IMG/VR virus record: IMGVR_UViG_3300031975_001631
Source: a virus
Direction: 5' to 3' (one strand)
Length of the DNA stretch: 64,000 nt
The number at the start of each line of letters is the position of its first letter. Position 1 is the stretch's first letter. Below the pieces are notes generated by a model. It had not been told where the DNA came from. It ran no database searches and saw only the letters and a program-made list of their open reading frames with translations. Shown piece by piece: positions 11,701-21,254 of the stretch. The translations under genes and the position numbers were made by a program.

Positions 11701-14700
11701 GGAATTCTATCGTATCCAAATCCATTATTAATGATGCGAACTTTTGCAATTCCGCCAGTTGCTCCAATAGATGTCGTGGTGTAGTAAATCTCTTCACAGT
11801 CTTGTGCTGAATATTTTGATTGCTCTGATTCAGTTGCAAGGATTGCAGTAAAGGTAGTTGATCCTACACCGGTAACACTATATGATCCGGTATATGTACT
11901 ATCAATAAAACTAATTCTAGTAAATCCAACAACCTCAGTATCAGAGGTTGACATATATCCACCCTTTTCAAATCCATAATATAGCTCAGTTTTAATATTC
12001 TCATTATAATTAATTGTCAATTTGGACATATCTTCTGCAACTGTTGTTCCTAGACCAACAGTATTGACTCCAACAACTTCTAAACTAGAAGTATTTCCGG
12101 TCCCAACAAATTCATTGAAGTAGTTGCTGTCATAAAAAATCTTTAATACACCGCCAAGTAAAGATGAGTCGTTTAAATTGAATACTATATTGTTATTTTT
12201 AGTTACTTTAATTGGTGGGTTGATTGGATTTATAGTTTGTCCAGTAGACCCAACACCAGTTACACTGACAATTTCAGGAGGATCAAGAAATAGTTGAGAT
12301 CTAGAATCTGATAATTGGAATGTATCATTATCAATTTTCAAGACAAAATATGTTCTTTGGAACAAACTGTCAGGAAGGCTACTTTCATCACCAAAAGGAC
12401 CATAAGCTAAAACTTTAAATCCAGTTTCAAGACCATGGTTATTAGCGGTAAAGATGTTAGTAACCGTATTGATTCCCGTTGTAGCAATTTCTACCGGATT
12501 TAAAATTAAGTTTCCATCTAGTAGTTTTACTGTAACATCTTCTGCCTGTCCGATACCAGTTGTAATTCCTGGTTTTACTACAAGAGATACCTGGTCATTA
12601 ATGCTTAAGTTATGAGAATTAGATGTCTCTACGGTTAACTCGCTTCTTTCAATATTAGATATCTGCTGCGTATAATTCGTTTGGAAATAATAGTTTGAGC
12701 TATCGTCTCCAGTCGTCGTAAAGAACAACTCAGAACCATCAGGAGAAGTTTTAAGACCAATTGTGTTGCTAGTCTTGCGAACTACATAAAGACTTGCTGG
12801 AAGGGCACTGGGAGCAATGTATGGATCAATCGAAGCAGTTGCATTGATAACAGCATTTCCATTTCTTTCAAAGGTGACTAAATCATTGGTTTTTAGATCA
12901 TGCCCCTCAATAAAGATGGATTGAGAAAGAATTGATCTTGTTTTAGTTACTCCATTTAATGAAACATTAACGGATGTTGAAAATCCTACAGTAGTGCCAA
13001 CTCCAACTGATTCTTTTGGATTAAAATAATATAAATCTTGGAATTTAGAATCAATAGTGGATGTTTCTGAAATTGGTAGAGTAAATTTACTTGTAAAATA
13101 AGTAACAGCTGCTCCAACAGAAGCTGTAGCAAATCCAGCGGATCTTTCTACTCTAACAATTTTTTCAGATGGGAATGCATTCAAAATACGGACAGTTTCT
13201 GTTCCGATACCAATAGAATCTCCGGCAGAAACATTTGGAGGAACAAGGCTAACCTTCAAGTCTGTAATGATACCAGTGTACCCGTCTTGATTTAGAGTTG
13301 CTTTATATGATTGTACTGAAATTTTGTGATAAGTCTCAAGTCCTTTAACATAAGTGGAAATACCACTAACTCTAATGACATGACCATCACTAAACTCATG
13401 ATATGGAGAAACTTTAAATTCTGCGGTTTCTCTCCCCATCTTAAAAGGTACATTTAAGAAAGATACCGTATTGCTACTTACCTGATTGATATCAGATCCA
13501 AAAACTTTACTGACTTCCGCAGATAAACCGCCCCCAGTTGTGTTGCTATTGTCAAAAATGATATTATCATTGACACTGTAACCAGATCCTCTAAAATTAA
13601 CCTGGATATCAGTAATTGATCCTATGCCAAGATTATCTGGAACAGATTCTTGATTATTTGACCTATATGGTTGAAAAACATAATCATATGATTTACCGTC
13701 ACCAAACATATTGTATGGGAAGGTATTTCTGACTAGTTTTGAAGATTCAAAGTCAAAATTGGTTTGATCGATGACCAATCCCCTAACTGTATTTTCGGGA
13801 ATTGCGAAACTGCGGAAAGTGTCTCCAATAAAGTATGGAAATAGTGGCTTATTATTAATATCTACAGTTGCAAAATAAGCATAAACTCCTTCAGGAAAGT
13901 CTGGAGTTTTTGTGAACTTACCATTATGTTCATCTAAATCTCCAGATCCATCATAGGAATAATCTTTAACTAGAGATCCATATGGGAAAACTGATATTGG
14001 AGGTCTATTTGTAATGTTAGTTGAGATAATATTATAACTAGATTCTTGCCTCTTAACATCAGACTGGATATTATTGGGGTCAGATAATCCATATGGACCG
14101 TATATTGGGTTGCCATCATACGCCCATCCAATAATTGGAGAATGGCTAGAACCATCATCTTCAAAGAATTCTCTAATAGAATTTCCATATCCAATATAAT
14201 TTACAGCAACACCTCCCGAGAAAGGAGCGAGATAATCTAATTCAGTATCATTCAGACCAAATGCCTTATTAATTACCAAAGATCTTAATTGAGCTTCAAG
14301 TTTAAGACTTGAACCTGGATTAATGATACTGGTGGTTGTTGTACTAGCAGCATATCCAACTCCGCCAGAAATAACCTTTACTTCAGTAATAGATCCATTT
14401 TCTACTACTGATCTAAGAATAGCTCCGTTTGCCTCTGAACTGGCACTAGAAACTATAATATCTGGTGGACCAGAATATCCAGATCCCCCAGCTTGGACAA
14501 ATGCTGAGATAATTCTACCATTTGAAAAAATGAGTCCAACTTGACCTAGTGTACCACTCTCAACTGAAATTGTTGGTGGGTTTTGGAAATCGACGACAGT
14601 AGATCCATAATTTCTACCTCTAGCATATAAAGGTGCGTCAACTACATGACCTCTAACAATTGGAGTGGCTACAAGATCTTGTTCTTTCTGATCTTCTGTT

Positions 14701-17700
14701 AGTACTTTTATATTACATTCAATTTTAGGATAACTAAATCTTTGGAATCCCGATCCCTGAGAATCTAGGAATGTGTGGATTTTTTTATTGTAGTTATCAC
14801 CAGATACTTTCGCATCCCCTTTATTGCCAACTTCTGCTAATCTGAATGCATCGTCATTAACCTTTAATACTTGATACTGCTTGGTAGAACTAAGTCCTGT
14901 AACAGCAGTAGTATCATATGAATAATTTACAATATCCCCATCTTTAAATCCGTGTTCTTCAAAGCTCACATAATCTCTAAAAGTATTGATACCTGCTGGA
15001 TTCACTAAAATATTTCTGCTAGCATATCCACTACCAGAATTTTCTACAATAATTCTACCAATAGTAGTTTTCTTTTCAAAAGTTCTGAAGATGTGTTGAC
15101 CAGCATTAGATCCAGCTGCTTCCTCAGAAATTGATATGGTATTAATACCAACAACAGCATCTTGTTTTGTATAATGTAAGTAGATGGATTTATCGCCAGA
15201 AGATCTTACATAGTAGTCTTGACCACTCATTAGGGTCAATTCTTCATTTGAAGCTCCGGTAGTTGCGATACCTAAATTATTGTTTCCATTATTATTGTAA
15301 ACAATTCTACTACCAGATACTAAGTTATGATTTGAAAGGAAAGTAAACCTATCGTTTATTGCTTCTACAGCACCGCCAGAAAGGGTACTGACGCCACTGA
15401 AAGATATCTCCCGGTATCTTTCCTCAAGTAGTGCCCTTCCGAATGCTCCAGTGCCATTACCACCAAAGATCTCAACACTAACAACTTGATCAATATCAAA
15501 TTCTACAGGGTCAATATAAACAGAAGTGACAGTTCCCGCAAGACTGACAATAGATCCGGCAGTATTAGCTGCACTGACCAATGGGTCTGAAATAGTAATA
15601 TTGGGAGGATTTTGGACATCATACCCAACACCACCATTAAGAACATTAATTTGTCTTAATGGTCCATAGTATACTTGATTTTCGCCTTTATAATTTAATA
15701 CTTCAAGACCATTGACAAGCATACCTGTGTTGCCGTCAGCAGTAATCTCTGATGTAGTTGTTGATTCTCTACCACTTTTAAGTTCTTGTTCTAGAGTAAA
15801 TCTACGAATAGGTCTGGATGGAAAAATTTCCCGCTTACCCTGACTAGCAAGAATGAAATCATGTGTTCCACCAACACCAGTAGGATTGAAATATTCTGGA
15901 AGATTTGCTTTGATGAAAGCTCTAGATGTATATAATTGAATCCTATTAGCAGGACTTAAAACTTTTACAAAATATCCCTTTTGCTCAAGACCAATAATTC
16001 CGACAGTTCCTTCAGATGGAACATATAGAACTTCTTCGCCAGTTTTAAATGGAACATCGTTGGTAAACGCTAGGACAGTATATGCATCTTGTGTGCTATC
16101 ATATCCATCAAAGTTCCCGAGACCAGCACTAGGGTTAACTAATGTAGATCTAACTTTATCTACAGTAATCAAATAATTAGGTAAAGAGCTAGATGCTACA
16201 TAACCTTCTCTTTTACCAGTGCTAGACTCATTTTCTGTCTCAATATAAGTATTATTAATGTCCGATAGTAATTGATTTTGACCACCTCTAATCGGTACAA
16301 TATTAGAATTTGCTTTTTTCTGTACTCTTCTTAAATCATAAAAAAGTGACGAATCTAAAGTGGGAATAGCACCACTAAGAGTGACAGTATTTGTAGATGT
16401 GTTTACGGAGGATACTCTTAAAGCTGTAGCAGCTACTAACTCAGAATTTCTGTTGACAATATCAACAAGATCATTCTTTCGGATACTACTCTTATCAATG
16501 TTTCCATCTAATACAAAACCCGATCCAGAAAAGGTAGAAATCTCATATCTTGCAGATGTATTGTAAACCCAAGAATTAAAAAAGATTTCTTCGTATGATT
16601 TATTAGTATCTGGGTTCTCAATTAATCTTCCCAGGTTTCTAATTCTAATAGAAGAGTCTTTATCTAGATTTCTAAGATCTGCATTAGATAAGAACTTACT
16701 AAGAACACCAGTAACCTTAAATTCTACTCTTTTAGAAGAATCGCCATTCTCAAACCCATAAACAATGTTAGGAGCAGAGATATCTGTGTTGTTTATAATG
16801 TTCGTCGATACTACAGGAGTAACATCAAAAAATTGACTTATGCTTTTAGTTGCATACGAATATGTGGTTGATCCAATCGATAAAGTTCCAGTGCTGGAAA
16901 ATCCAATTGTGGAGTCAACAGTAATTACAGACGCACCAATCCCAATATCACCAATATTACGAGTTTTACCAGGAACAACAAATGTGCCGTCAGTTAATGA
17001 TCTCTCATCAAAACCAGTGAATAGAGAGATTTTGTAGTAATTATCTCTGATGTTACTAACTTCTGAAATCGGACCAGAAGCTGCATTAACTTTATCATTT
17101 GTAGGGTCATTATCTTGATATAATGTTTCGCCAACCAAATTTGCTGGGTTACCGGAAATTAACTCAAGAGAAAGTGTTTTTCTTCTTACATAATTTGCAT
17201 ATGATGGTTTGATCAGGTACTTTTCAAGATCATTGATTTTTGGATCGATTCCAAATAAAGCTTTGAACAGAATCTTAAATGAATCTTCTGTACCCTTCGA
17301 TTCATAGAGACTTCTTGCCTCTTTGATGAAATTATTAATATCCAGCTGTGGTGATAGGTTTACTCCCTCTAATCCAGGAGTATACATCGCCTTCAATTTT
17401 TTATAGAACTCTTTTAAGAAAAGAGCACTAACATTTTGAACTATTGATCCTGTAGTATGTGAGGAAGCAACTGTTGATTCCCATACTAGATCTTCATTAT
17501 TATTAGGTGCAGTATAGGAACTAATCCCGCTGAACCCTCTCGTACATCCAGTAAAACTATTTTCAGTCTTGTCTGCATAAGTTATAATTTCACTATCAAT
17601 CTTAATAAGACCATGTTTTTCGGGATATCCATCCGTGCTTGTTACCGAGATAGTATCATCACTATCTGAGATATCACTAGCAAGATTTGTACCTCCTTTG

Positions 17701-17912
17701 ATGACATCTACAGTAAGATTATCAATCTTAAGATATGCGTCAATATTCTCAGCAATATCTGCCGGACCACCTTGATAATCTTGGGAGATATAATATTGTT
17801 TTAGAAACTCAGCAAATTTTGGGTTTTCTGAGACCGCAAATTCGGGTATAGATTCAGAAACAATCTGATAAGTCTTTACTCTTGGGCTTAGCGGGGAGTT
17901 TGTCTCTATCAT
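5772..17912 (-). CDS. gp7: Very large baseplate wedge initiator gp7-like protein (4046 aa)
   Basis: Lies between gp6 and gp8. N-terminal PEF...NPKFAEFLKQYY and FIKEARSLYESKGT.DSFKILFKALFG, HPAG motif, many GxGY and (V/I)GxG(S/T)T repeats, and an internal SPIIGWAYDGNPIYGPYG segment. Confidence 0.8.
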   Translation of the reverse strand: MIETNSPLSPRVKTYQIVSESIPEFAVSENPKFAEFLKQYYISQDYQGGPADIAENIDAYLKIDNLTVDVIKGGTNLASDISDSDDTISVTSTDGYPEKHGLIKIDSEIITYADKTENSFTGCTRGFSGISSYTAPNNNEDLVWESTVASSHTTGSIVQNVSALFLKEFYKKLKAMYTPGLEGVNLSPQLDINNFIKEARSLYESKGTEDSFKILFKALFGIDPKINDLEKYLIKPSYANYVRRKTLSLELISGNPANLVGETLYQDNDPTNDKVNAASGPISEVSNIRDNYYKISLFTGFDERSLTDGTFVVPGKTRNIGDIGIGASVITVDSTIGFSSTGTLSIGSTTYSYATKSISQFFDVTPVVSTNIINNTDISAPNIVYGFENGDSSKRVEFKVTGVLSKFLSNADLRNLDKDSSIRIRNLGRLIENPDTNKSYEEIFFNSWVYNTSARYEISTFSGSGFVLDGNIDKSSIRKNDLVDIVNRNSELVAATALRVSSVNTSTNTVTLSGAIPTLDSSLFYDLRRVQKKANSNIVPIRGGQNQLLSDINNTYIETENESSTGKREGYVASSSLPNYLITVDKVRSTLVNPSAGLGNFDGYDSTQDAYTVLAFTNDVPFKTGEEVLYVPSEGTVGIIGLEQKGYFVKVLSPANRIQLYTSRAFIKANLPEYFNPTGVGGTHDFILASQGKREIFPSRPIRRFTLEQELKSGRESTTTSEITADGNTGMLVNGLEVLNYKGENQVYYGPLRQINVLNGGVGYDVQNPPNITISDPLVSAANTAGSIVSLAGTVTSVYIDPVEFDIDQVVSVEIFGGNGTGAFGRALLEERYREISFSGVSTLSGGAVEAINDRFTFLSNHNLVSGSRIVYNNNGNNNLGIATTGASNEELTLMSGQDYYVRSSGDKSIYLHYTKQDAVVGINTISISEEAAGSNAGQHIFRTFEKKTTIGRIIVENSGSGYASRNILVNPAGINTFRDYVSFEEHGFKDGDIVNYSYDTTAVTGLSSTKQYQVLKVNDDAFRLAEVGNKGDAKVSGDNYNKKIHTFLDSQGSGFQRFSYPKIECNIKVLTEDQKEQDLVATPIVRGHVVDAPLYARGRNYGSTVVDFQNPPTISVESGTLGQVGLIFSNGRIISAFVQAGGSGYSGPPDIIVSSASSEANGAILRSVVENGSITEVKVISGGVGYAASTTTTSIINPGSSLKLEAQLRSLVINKAFGLNDTELDYLAPFSGGVAVNYIGYGNSIREFFEDDGSSHSPIIGWAYDGNPIYGPYGLSDPNNIQSDVKRQESSYNIISTNITNRPPISVFPYGSLVKDYSYDGSGDLDEHNGKFTKTPDFPEGVYAYFATVDINNKPLFPYFIGDTFRSFAIPENTVRGLVIDQTNFDFESSKLVRNTFPYNMFGDGKSYDYVFQPYRSNNQESVPDNLGIGSITDIQVNFRGSGYSVNDNIIFDNSNTTGGGLSAEVSKVFGSDINQVSSNTVSFLNVPFKMGRETAEFKVSPYHEFSDGHVIRVSGISTYVKGLETYHKISVQSYKATLNQDGYTGIITDLKVSLVPPNVSAGDSIGIGTETVRILNAFPSEKIVRVERSAGFATASVGAAVTYFTSKFTLPISETSTIDSKFQDLYYFNPKESVGVGTTVGFSTSVNVSLNGVTKTRSILSQSIFIEGHDLKTNDLVTFERNGNAVINATASIDPYIAPSALPASLYVVRKTSNTIGLKTSPDGSELFFTTTGDDSSNYYFQTNYTQQISNIERSELTVETSNSHNLSINDQVSLVVKPGITTGIGQAEDVTVKLLDGNLILNPVEIATTGINTVTNIFTANNHGLETGFKVLAYGPFGDESSLPDSLFQRTYFVLKIDNDTFQLSDSRSQLFLDPPEIVSVTGVGSTGQTINPINPPIKVTKNNNIVFNLNDSSLLGGVLKIFYDSNYFNEFVGTGNTSSLEVVGVNTVGLGTTVAEDMSKLTINYNENIKTELYYGFEKGGYMSTSDTEVVGFTRISFIDSTYTGSYSVTGVGSTTFTAILATESEQSKYSAQDCEEIYYTTTSIGATGGIAKVRIINNGFGYDRIPAVTSIGNSGISGNLLLTGPSINQLKGVTVPTDVFGYPSDNTLKPDAFLPRSVQAKNANRVIDVDVTFGGKSYLNAPSLVLYDKSTGIIVNNGLITCELSDSAVNSAKVVVQPRGLSANAYGVAPLRNSNGISIIEAFSDVGVVTCKITTPILGYVDEPFVAGEEVYLEGIEFNNDGDGFNSGDYLFTNFKIDTYNSAVNPREVSFKYTGLTTNVGTGATVVPGFGQIVKAGDLAQFSSTISFSPFAKNEPLRRNNDNETDLILRSIDTNTGIMVIEGSRPLEPDDNLVGTNSGDRAEVESVTVFDGYYDIDSTIDTNVGWSDNIGLIGDSNQFLPDNDYYQNMSYAIESDKTFDEIITYVNDIVHPAGMKNFANTQILSIGDAGESVQPADDAGGFVLDFISDPLRVDGIYNFDLSRDVNANNNTSKFLELKSTRLADFILNKTNRVLIHDDISPNFISNESNDLSDDRTIAGIVAGRNFSRYLIQTTHSAENPLNNQYQLNEVILVTVDKSTYLLQKSHINNTNNVGLSTGYAEFFSFYNADDDLTEIRIKPYETFDTNYDIKTFQQGFSADVGIGSTNTGNAVNSSANVLVGSGSTTQVIGFSTTTFVGGVGHFLIVDSAAKSIDYVELALQHDGTDTYLTELASFNTRQSLGGISSPNFMGTFTSSIESGVVKIDYIHNESSTLAIRSKFVSFENVGLGTTSIRHLNLKFTPEGTERTARVIVGASATTGISTVVGVSSFTNLSFKSTVHVSYGSTQTLHQIYVLSDPEKADTYISQQPIAAIGTTTGIGTFGAEFSGSNVNLEFYPDSGVTGIVSIYSYNEVLYKDPDPNGTLAGIGSFDYGNVFENVTQNTYLGINNRNIRTFDLKYEGTPIYERDLNPQDPGQIDFGTGLISFKHFFSNAEPVTYEPDSNIVGVAASALQYVTGYGHTSLPSTVFIIKNNNDQFFISTNLTDARSGIAVTFQPGTSAGNKHRFTMDKRDEKTIIALNGIVQKPISYTQITYDLDVAVNGIVTSFALSGLSTVTSGDLLKLADEYSIVRTVGFATQPTGPITGIGTWSIVEVERGAVGSAATDHAAGSIARIHRGSFQILNSQVHFTEAPLGGDLGVIDPQNLPYPRASFGGRTYLRNDYRTNELFDDFSDKFDGLENTFPLTATGAAVTGIGSTGGNGVLFINGIFQAPFGENNEGVSNFKIIEDPVSTAASVQFSGITSVGFTDLIIDIDDINQNQLPRGGVIVSIASTPGVGYAPFKGADVRLNVGAGGTITGIVGISTTGPSVSLSNAVYDKRTGIMTVTTSANHGLLVEDQVKLTGIAFTCGAAHAGVTTTIFPEHNDPFSVAGIISATQFKVQVGPSTIPHTYVSGGTAAPFFPLTFGSGYNTNLGTIGIAVTTSTGTGATVTAVVGAGGSLVFSVTGPGTNYTENDIVITPEPNGENLPIVGVSRIGLGNTTLTGVGCSVTIQIAGVSTATGIGSTLFEVSEFQFSKKGYGFKRGDKFTVTGLSTDPYAGDKFSPFELEVVDVFTDQVSSWQFGNIDYLDNIRPFQNGNQKRFLLYYQQSLVSFEIDRGDRDSKEIDLSAVLLIFINGVIQEPGINYTFDGGSVIEFTSAPTSEDNVVIFFYRGTIGQDSFLFDVNEVIKVGDNLRLRKSAQIELNQVTQSTENLAQSANRIVKRIDSAATVETAFYQGVGISNDNYKPMDWIKQKKDIIIDGSLVSKARDSIEAQITPIANVIGVLTTTDSFVYVDSTAMFRDTDNGLTGSFSLAYIAEVGFGTTAVYGINYENITGIEPLVANVQGFIGVVTGISTCPGIGTDLALLIQFDAQEYVNDGNSTAGLTTGQPFKLYGTGINTVSAAVTSIDTHDTDIVGISTFNGDNIYYVHAVTTRNGGRVGVITANIASYTNVSDFVGVGSTSIPYAHFTWGKFSNVTRDQTQPVNANIKGIDFDPELTNYPIVQRRGVGLRGTGGLPKIL

Positions 17913-17913
17913 C

Positions 17914-19833
17914 CTACTGTCTGATTAGCGATCCGTTGGAGTAACTGGATGTGATTTGATATCCAATACCAGAGATTTGCTGGCCAGAGGAAATCGTGTC
18001 TCTCACGATATTTATCTCAGAATTTGAGAGATCTAGACTTAAATAGATATCCTTCAATCCGATAATATCGTTTGACTCAGGATATGCTTGAACTTCAACA
18101 ATATTATCACCAATCGCTGTAGAGCTAATGGTAACTGCATTGAGTAAAATCTCACCTTTTAAGTAATCAACAGTACCTGCAGACTTAACTACAACTTCTG
18201 CAGACTCACCTTGTAGTTTTGCTGGTTTAAATATAGCGATATCCCCATATCTACCATCATCTCTAGGAATATCAGTCAAATATACGATTTCTGGATCACC
18301 TGAAATTGTAAATCCACTTGATTTGATCGTACCACCTCCTGGCAGAATATTAAACTGGTTACCAAAACATAATTCGTATTGAGCTGTAGCATCTTTAATT
18401 ACTTTTAAGTCTCTACGAATTGTAACTTTTGTAATGTTAGATGTAATAGCAGAATTTGTCCTATCAATAATATTCTGAGACTCGGAATACTTAAATCTAC
18501 CCCCAAATTTGTTCAAATTAGTAGATTTCCCGTAAGTTGTTAAAGATTCGGTAATTTGTGCCTTTAATTCGTTCGCATCATCAAAAACATTGTTGTTATA
18601 ATAAACAGAAGTGTCTAATTCAATATACAAAACCCTCAAATCTTCAATTCTTTGGTTAATACCAGCGATTGAGTAATTTTTTAGATCATTTAAAATATTT
18701 TGCTTGGTAAAGTCAGATAAAAATGTACCATTTACAGGTTTAATACTTAAAACGACAGTTCCAAACTCTGGAGGGTCTAATTCTTCCCCACCAACAACAG
18801 AAACCGACTCTGTATTTGGATAAATCCTCTGAATAATAGATTCATAGTCCTTAGGTGTAACCGCTCTGTTTTGTGCGGAGTACATTCTAGGTGCAAAGTA
18901 TCGTATAGAGTCAATTGGCTCAATATCAGAACCATTACGGGCGGTCTGAGAGGTAACGATGTTAATAACATTAGTGGATGTTATAGAATTATTAGCATCG
19001 TTCCTTACATCGCCAGAAAAAGTGAAATTTTTTCCTTCGTTACCAAATTTTCCGTCAGTAATAATATAACTAATACTAATTTCATCACCCTGTTCTAATT
19101 TTGTACCAAAAAGACCATCTCCAAATAGCAATTCATAAGTCTCATTAGGAGCTTCTTGAATTAAGTAGATGTTTGAGTCCTTTGTGATGTTAGTAATATT
19201 GTCAACCTTTGAAAAAGATAGTCCTGCAGTCGCACCAGACTTCTTAACATCGACTCTGAGAGTATCAATATCGACATTTGAGTTTTCAATGATGAATCTT
19301 TGGTCTGAGCTACCATTTACTCCCCAAGATTTTGTTAAAAGTGATCCTTGATAAACTTTTATGTTAGAAAAGGTTGCTGTCCTTGGAGGATTTGCTCCCA
19401 CAACACCACCAACATCAATTGGACTGGTTGCAATGATGTCTTCTGGGATAGAAAAGACATAAGAAGTATTATCAATACCGCCAACTAATACTAAACCCTT
19501 CTTCAGAGTAACAGTTGTGCTGTTTCCATTGAATTTAAACGGAAAGCTAACGATTGCTTCTGCTGCTTTTCGTGATCTAGGAACATATCCAATGTTTCTT
19601 GCAAGAGAAACTACATTTTCTCGTAGAGTTGCTGAATCCAAGAAGGATTCATTAGCAACCATATTACTATTGAATGCTGTAATATAAGTATTATACGCTA
19701 AAACATCAATCAACAGCGAAATATTTGATCCATCAAAGTCAAAATCAGAAAATTCTGAGTTAGATCTCAGATAATCCTTGATCGAACTTTTAATTTGATC
19801 GAAATTTAGGTTGGTATACTTAAATGATGGCAT
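17914..19833 (-). CDS. gp6: Baseplate wedge subunit gp6
   Basis: LNFDQIKSSIKDYL, FSDFDFDGSN.S.LIDVLAYNTY, ESFLDSATLRENVVSLARNIGYVPRS and QNRAVT..DY are gp6 hallmarks. Confidence 0.93.
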   Translation of the reverse strand: MPSFKYTNLNFDQIKSSIKDYLRSNSEFSDFDFDGSNISLLIDVLAYNTYITAFNSNMVANESFLDSATLRENVVSLARNIGYVPRSRKAAEAIVSFPFKFNGNSTTVTLKKGLVLVGGIDNTSYVFSIPEDIIATSPIDVGGVVGANPPRTATFSNIKVYQGSLLTKSWGVNGSSDQRFIIENSNVDIDTLRVDVKKSGATAGLSFSKVDNITNITKDSNIYLIQEAPNETYELLFGDGLFGTKLEQGDEISISYIITDGKFGNEGKNFTFSGDVRNDANNSITSTNVINIVTSQTARNGSDIEPIDSIRYFAPRMYSAQNRAVTPKDYESIIQRIYPNTESVSVVGGEELDPPEFGTVVLSIKPVNGTFLSDFTKQNILNDLKNYSIAGINQRIEDLRVLYIELDTSVYYNNNVFDDANELKAQITESLTTYGKSTNLNKFGGRFKYSESQNIIDRTNSAITSNITKVTIRRDLKVIKDATAQYELCFGNQFNILPGGGTIKSSGFTISGDPEIVYLTDIPRDDGRYGDIAIFKPAKLQGESAEVVVKSAGTVDYLKGEILLNAVTISSTAIGDNIVEVQAYPESNDIIGLKDIYLSLDLSNSEINIVRDTISSGQQISGIGYQITSSYSNGSLIRQ

Positions 19834-19837
19834 TTTC

Positions 19838-20236
19838 TTACCTAGTTGGCTCTAAAAGAAACTCAAATTCTTGTCTTGGGAACTCCTCACCAACAATATC
19901 GTAACTAATTATAATATCAAATGCATTTCCATCAGGATTTGGTGTTACCACAACCTTGATGTTTGCAATTCTACCTTCAAAATTTGATAGAACATCAAAA
20001 ATTTGTTGAGAAATTAGATTTGCTGTACCAAAATCAACGAAATCGAACAGTGAACTAGTAATATCAGTACCAACCGAAGACTGAAACGGTCTCTCACCAG
20101 GAATTGTTTGGACTAAGTTCCTTACAGCACGCTTAATCGCGTCCTCATTCCTGAGAACTTGTATATCACCAGTAACAGGGTGTGCGTTAAAGGATAAACT
20201 GATATCCTGAAATGCCCGTGAATTGGTTTCAGCCAC
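19838..20236 (-). CDS. gp25: Baseplate wedge subunit gp25 (GTG start)
   Basis: DISLSFNAHPVTGDI...NEDAIKRAVRNLV.T.PGERPF...G is the gp25 signature; directly upstream of gp6. Confidence 0.92.
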   Translation of the reverse strand: MAETNSRAFQDISLSFNAHPVTGDIQVLRNEDAIKRAVRNLVQTIPGERPFQSSVGTDITSSLFDFVDFGTANLISQQIFDVLSNFEGRIANIKVVVTPNPDGNAFDIIISYDIVGEEFPRQEFEFLLEPTR

Positions 20237-20259
20237 TAAATGACACTAAATATCAAGCT

Positions 20260-20267
20260 TATTTATA
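20260..20267 (-). promoter_or_regulatory. T4-type late promoter TATAAATA upstream of gp25
   Basis: Exact TATAAATA on the minus strand, 24 nt before the gp25 start. Confidence 0.75.
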
Positions 20268-20268
20268 G

Positions 20269-20418
20269 TCACTCTTGAAGGAGACCTGGTTCAGTATCAT
20301 CATTTTTATAATCACCAGCTACTTCACGAAGAATTTTGTCTGATTTTTTGCGATCAGTCTTAACTTCCCACGAACCACCAACGCCACCGTCCATATTTAC
20401 AATGAGATCGTCATCCAT
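20269..20418 (-). CDS. Small hypothetical protein (49 aa)
   Basis: Hand-translated MDDDLIVNMDGGVGGSWEVKTDRKKSDKILREVAGDYKNDDTEPGLLQE; fills the gap and has AATAAATA upstream. Confidence 0.55.
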   Translation of the reverse strand: MDDDLIVNMDGGVGGSWEVKTDRKKSDKILREVAGDYKNDDTEPGLLQE

Positions 20419-20443
20419 TTTCTTTATTATAATATTATAAGAT

Positions 20444-20451
20444 TATTTATT
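20444..20451 (-). promoter_or_regulatory. Late-promoter-like AATAAATA
   Basis: One mismatch to TATAAATA; overlaps the upstream stop codon, as at gp8. Confidence 0.5.
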
Positions 20452-21100
20452 CCTTCTTCTCTGATTCTGTCTCCCAGAAATATTCATCAGTATCTCCTAG
20501 TCTACCCCATCTAATACCATTCTCTACTTGAAAGTAATGTGTACTTACTTTGAAGTCTGGTATAAGTGGTTCTTCAGGTGTAATGGACAAATCAAAGATT
20601 CGTGTTCGGTTATTAGGATACAAACAAAATTGACCATTCTCAAGCTCAATACAATTATGCGACTTATGTTCGTCAGGAATTTCACTCACATTGGTATTTG
20701 TAGTATCTGTGTCTGGATGAAAGTTATCTAAAGTGAAGCAATATTCGCCGTTAAGGGTGCCAAAGTTGCGTGTGCGTACTTGGAAGTCCATTGACCCGAT
20801 GAACTGCTTCTCAAGGCATCTGACGCCATAGTCCATACAGTTCCAGAACTGAAGGTTAGGTAGATCTAAATCAGGGTCAGGTGTCTCTGGACGCGAGCAA
20901 AAGGCGGAAATTGGAAGCTTGTCAAACATTGCTGCATACTTTGGTAAGTATGTCTCAAAATAAAAAGCGCGTCCAGGTATCGATTTACACGATACCCAAA
21001 CGCCCTCTACAAACTCACCAAATCCATCTTGGAAATCTCTAAGGTATTCTTTACGAACCCAGACTTTTTGCGGTGGAAGATTGATAATTAATTGACTCAT
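20447..21100 (-). CDS. Conserved hypothetical protein of T4-like marine phages (217 aa)
   Basis: Long clean ORF in operon orientation; sequence style (NLPPQKVWVRKEYL, GQFCLYPNNR) recognised from marine myoviruses; function unknown. Confidence 0.8.
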   Translation of the reverse strand: MSQLIINLPPQKVWVRKEYLRDFQDGFGEFVEGVWVSCKSIPGRAFYFETYLPKYAAMFDKLPISAFCSRPETPDPDLDLPNLQFWNCMDYGVRCLEKQFIGSMDFQVRTRNFGTLNGEYCFTLDNFHPDTDTTNTNVSEIPDEHKSHNCIELENGQFCLYPNNRTRIFDLSITPEEPLIPDFKVSTHYFQVENGIRWGRLGDTDEYFWETESEKKE

Positions 21101-21254
21101 TTTCTATTGCCCAACTTGGAGGATGAAAAGCACAATACTCATTGAATGTAATCTTCATTTCTTTATTAGTTAGGTTAGCATTCCTAGCAGCTTTTGGTAA
21201 GTTCCACTTAGCAGAGAATAACATCTCCATGGATTCACGAGTCTCTGGTCTCAC
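21051..21254 (-). CDS. Small hypothetical protein
   Basis: ORF track, 67 aa; start abuts the upstream stop codon. Confidence 0.6.
   Translation of the reverse strand: MRPETRESMEMLFSAKWNLPKAARNANLTNKEMKITFNEYCAFHPPSWAIENESINYQSSTAKSLGS

Noticed and set aside
1157-19351. Many 60-115 aa ORFs inside or antisense to the baseplate genes
   Set aside because: They are shadow frames wholly within long, motif-supported genes and show no recognisable domains.
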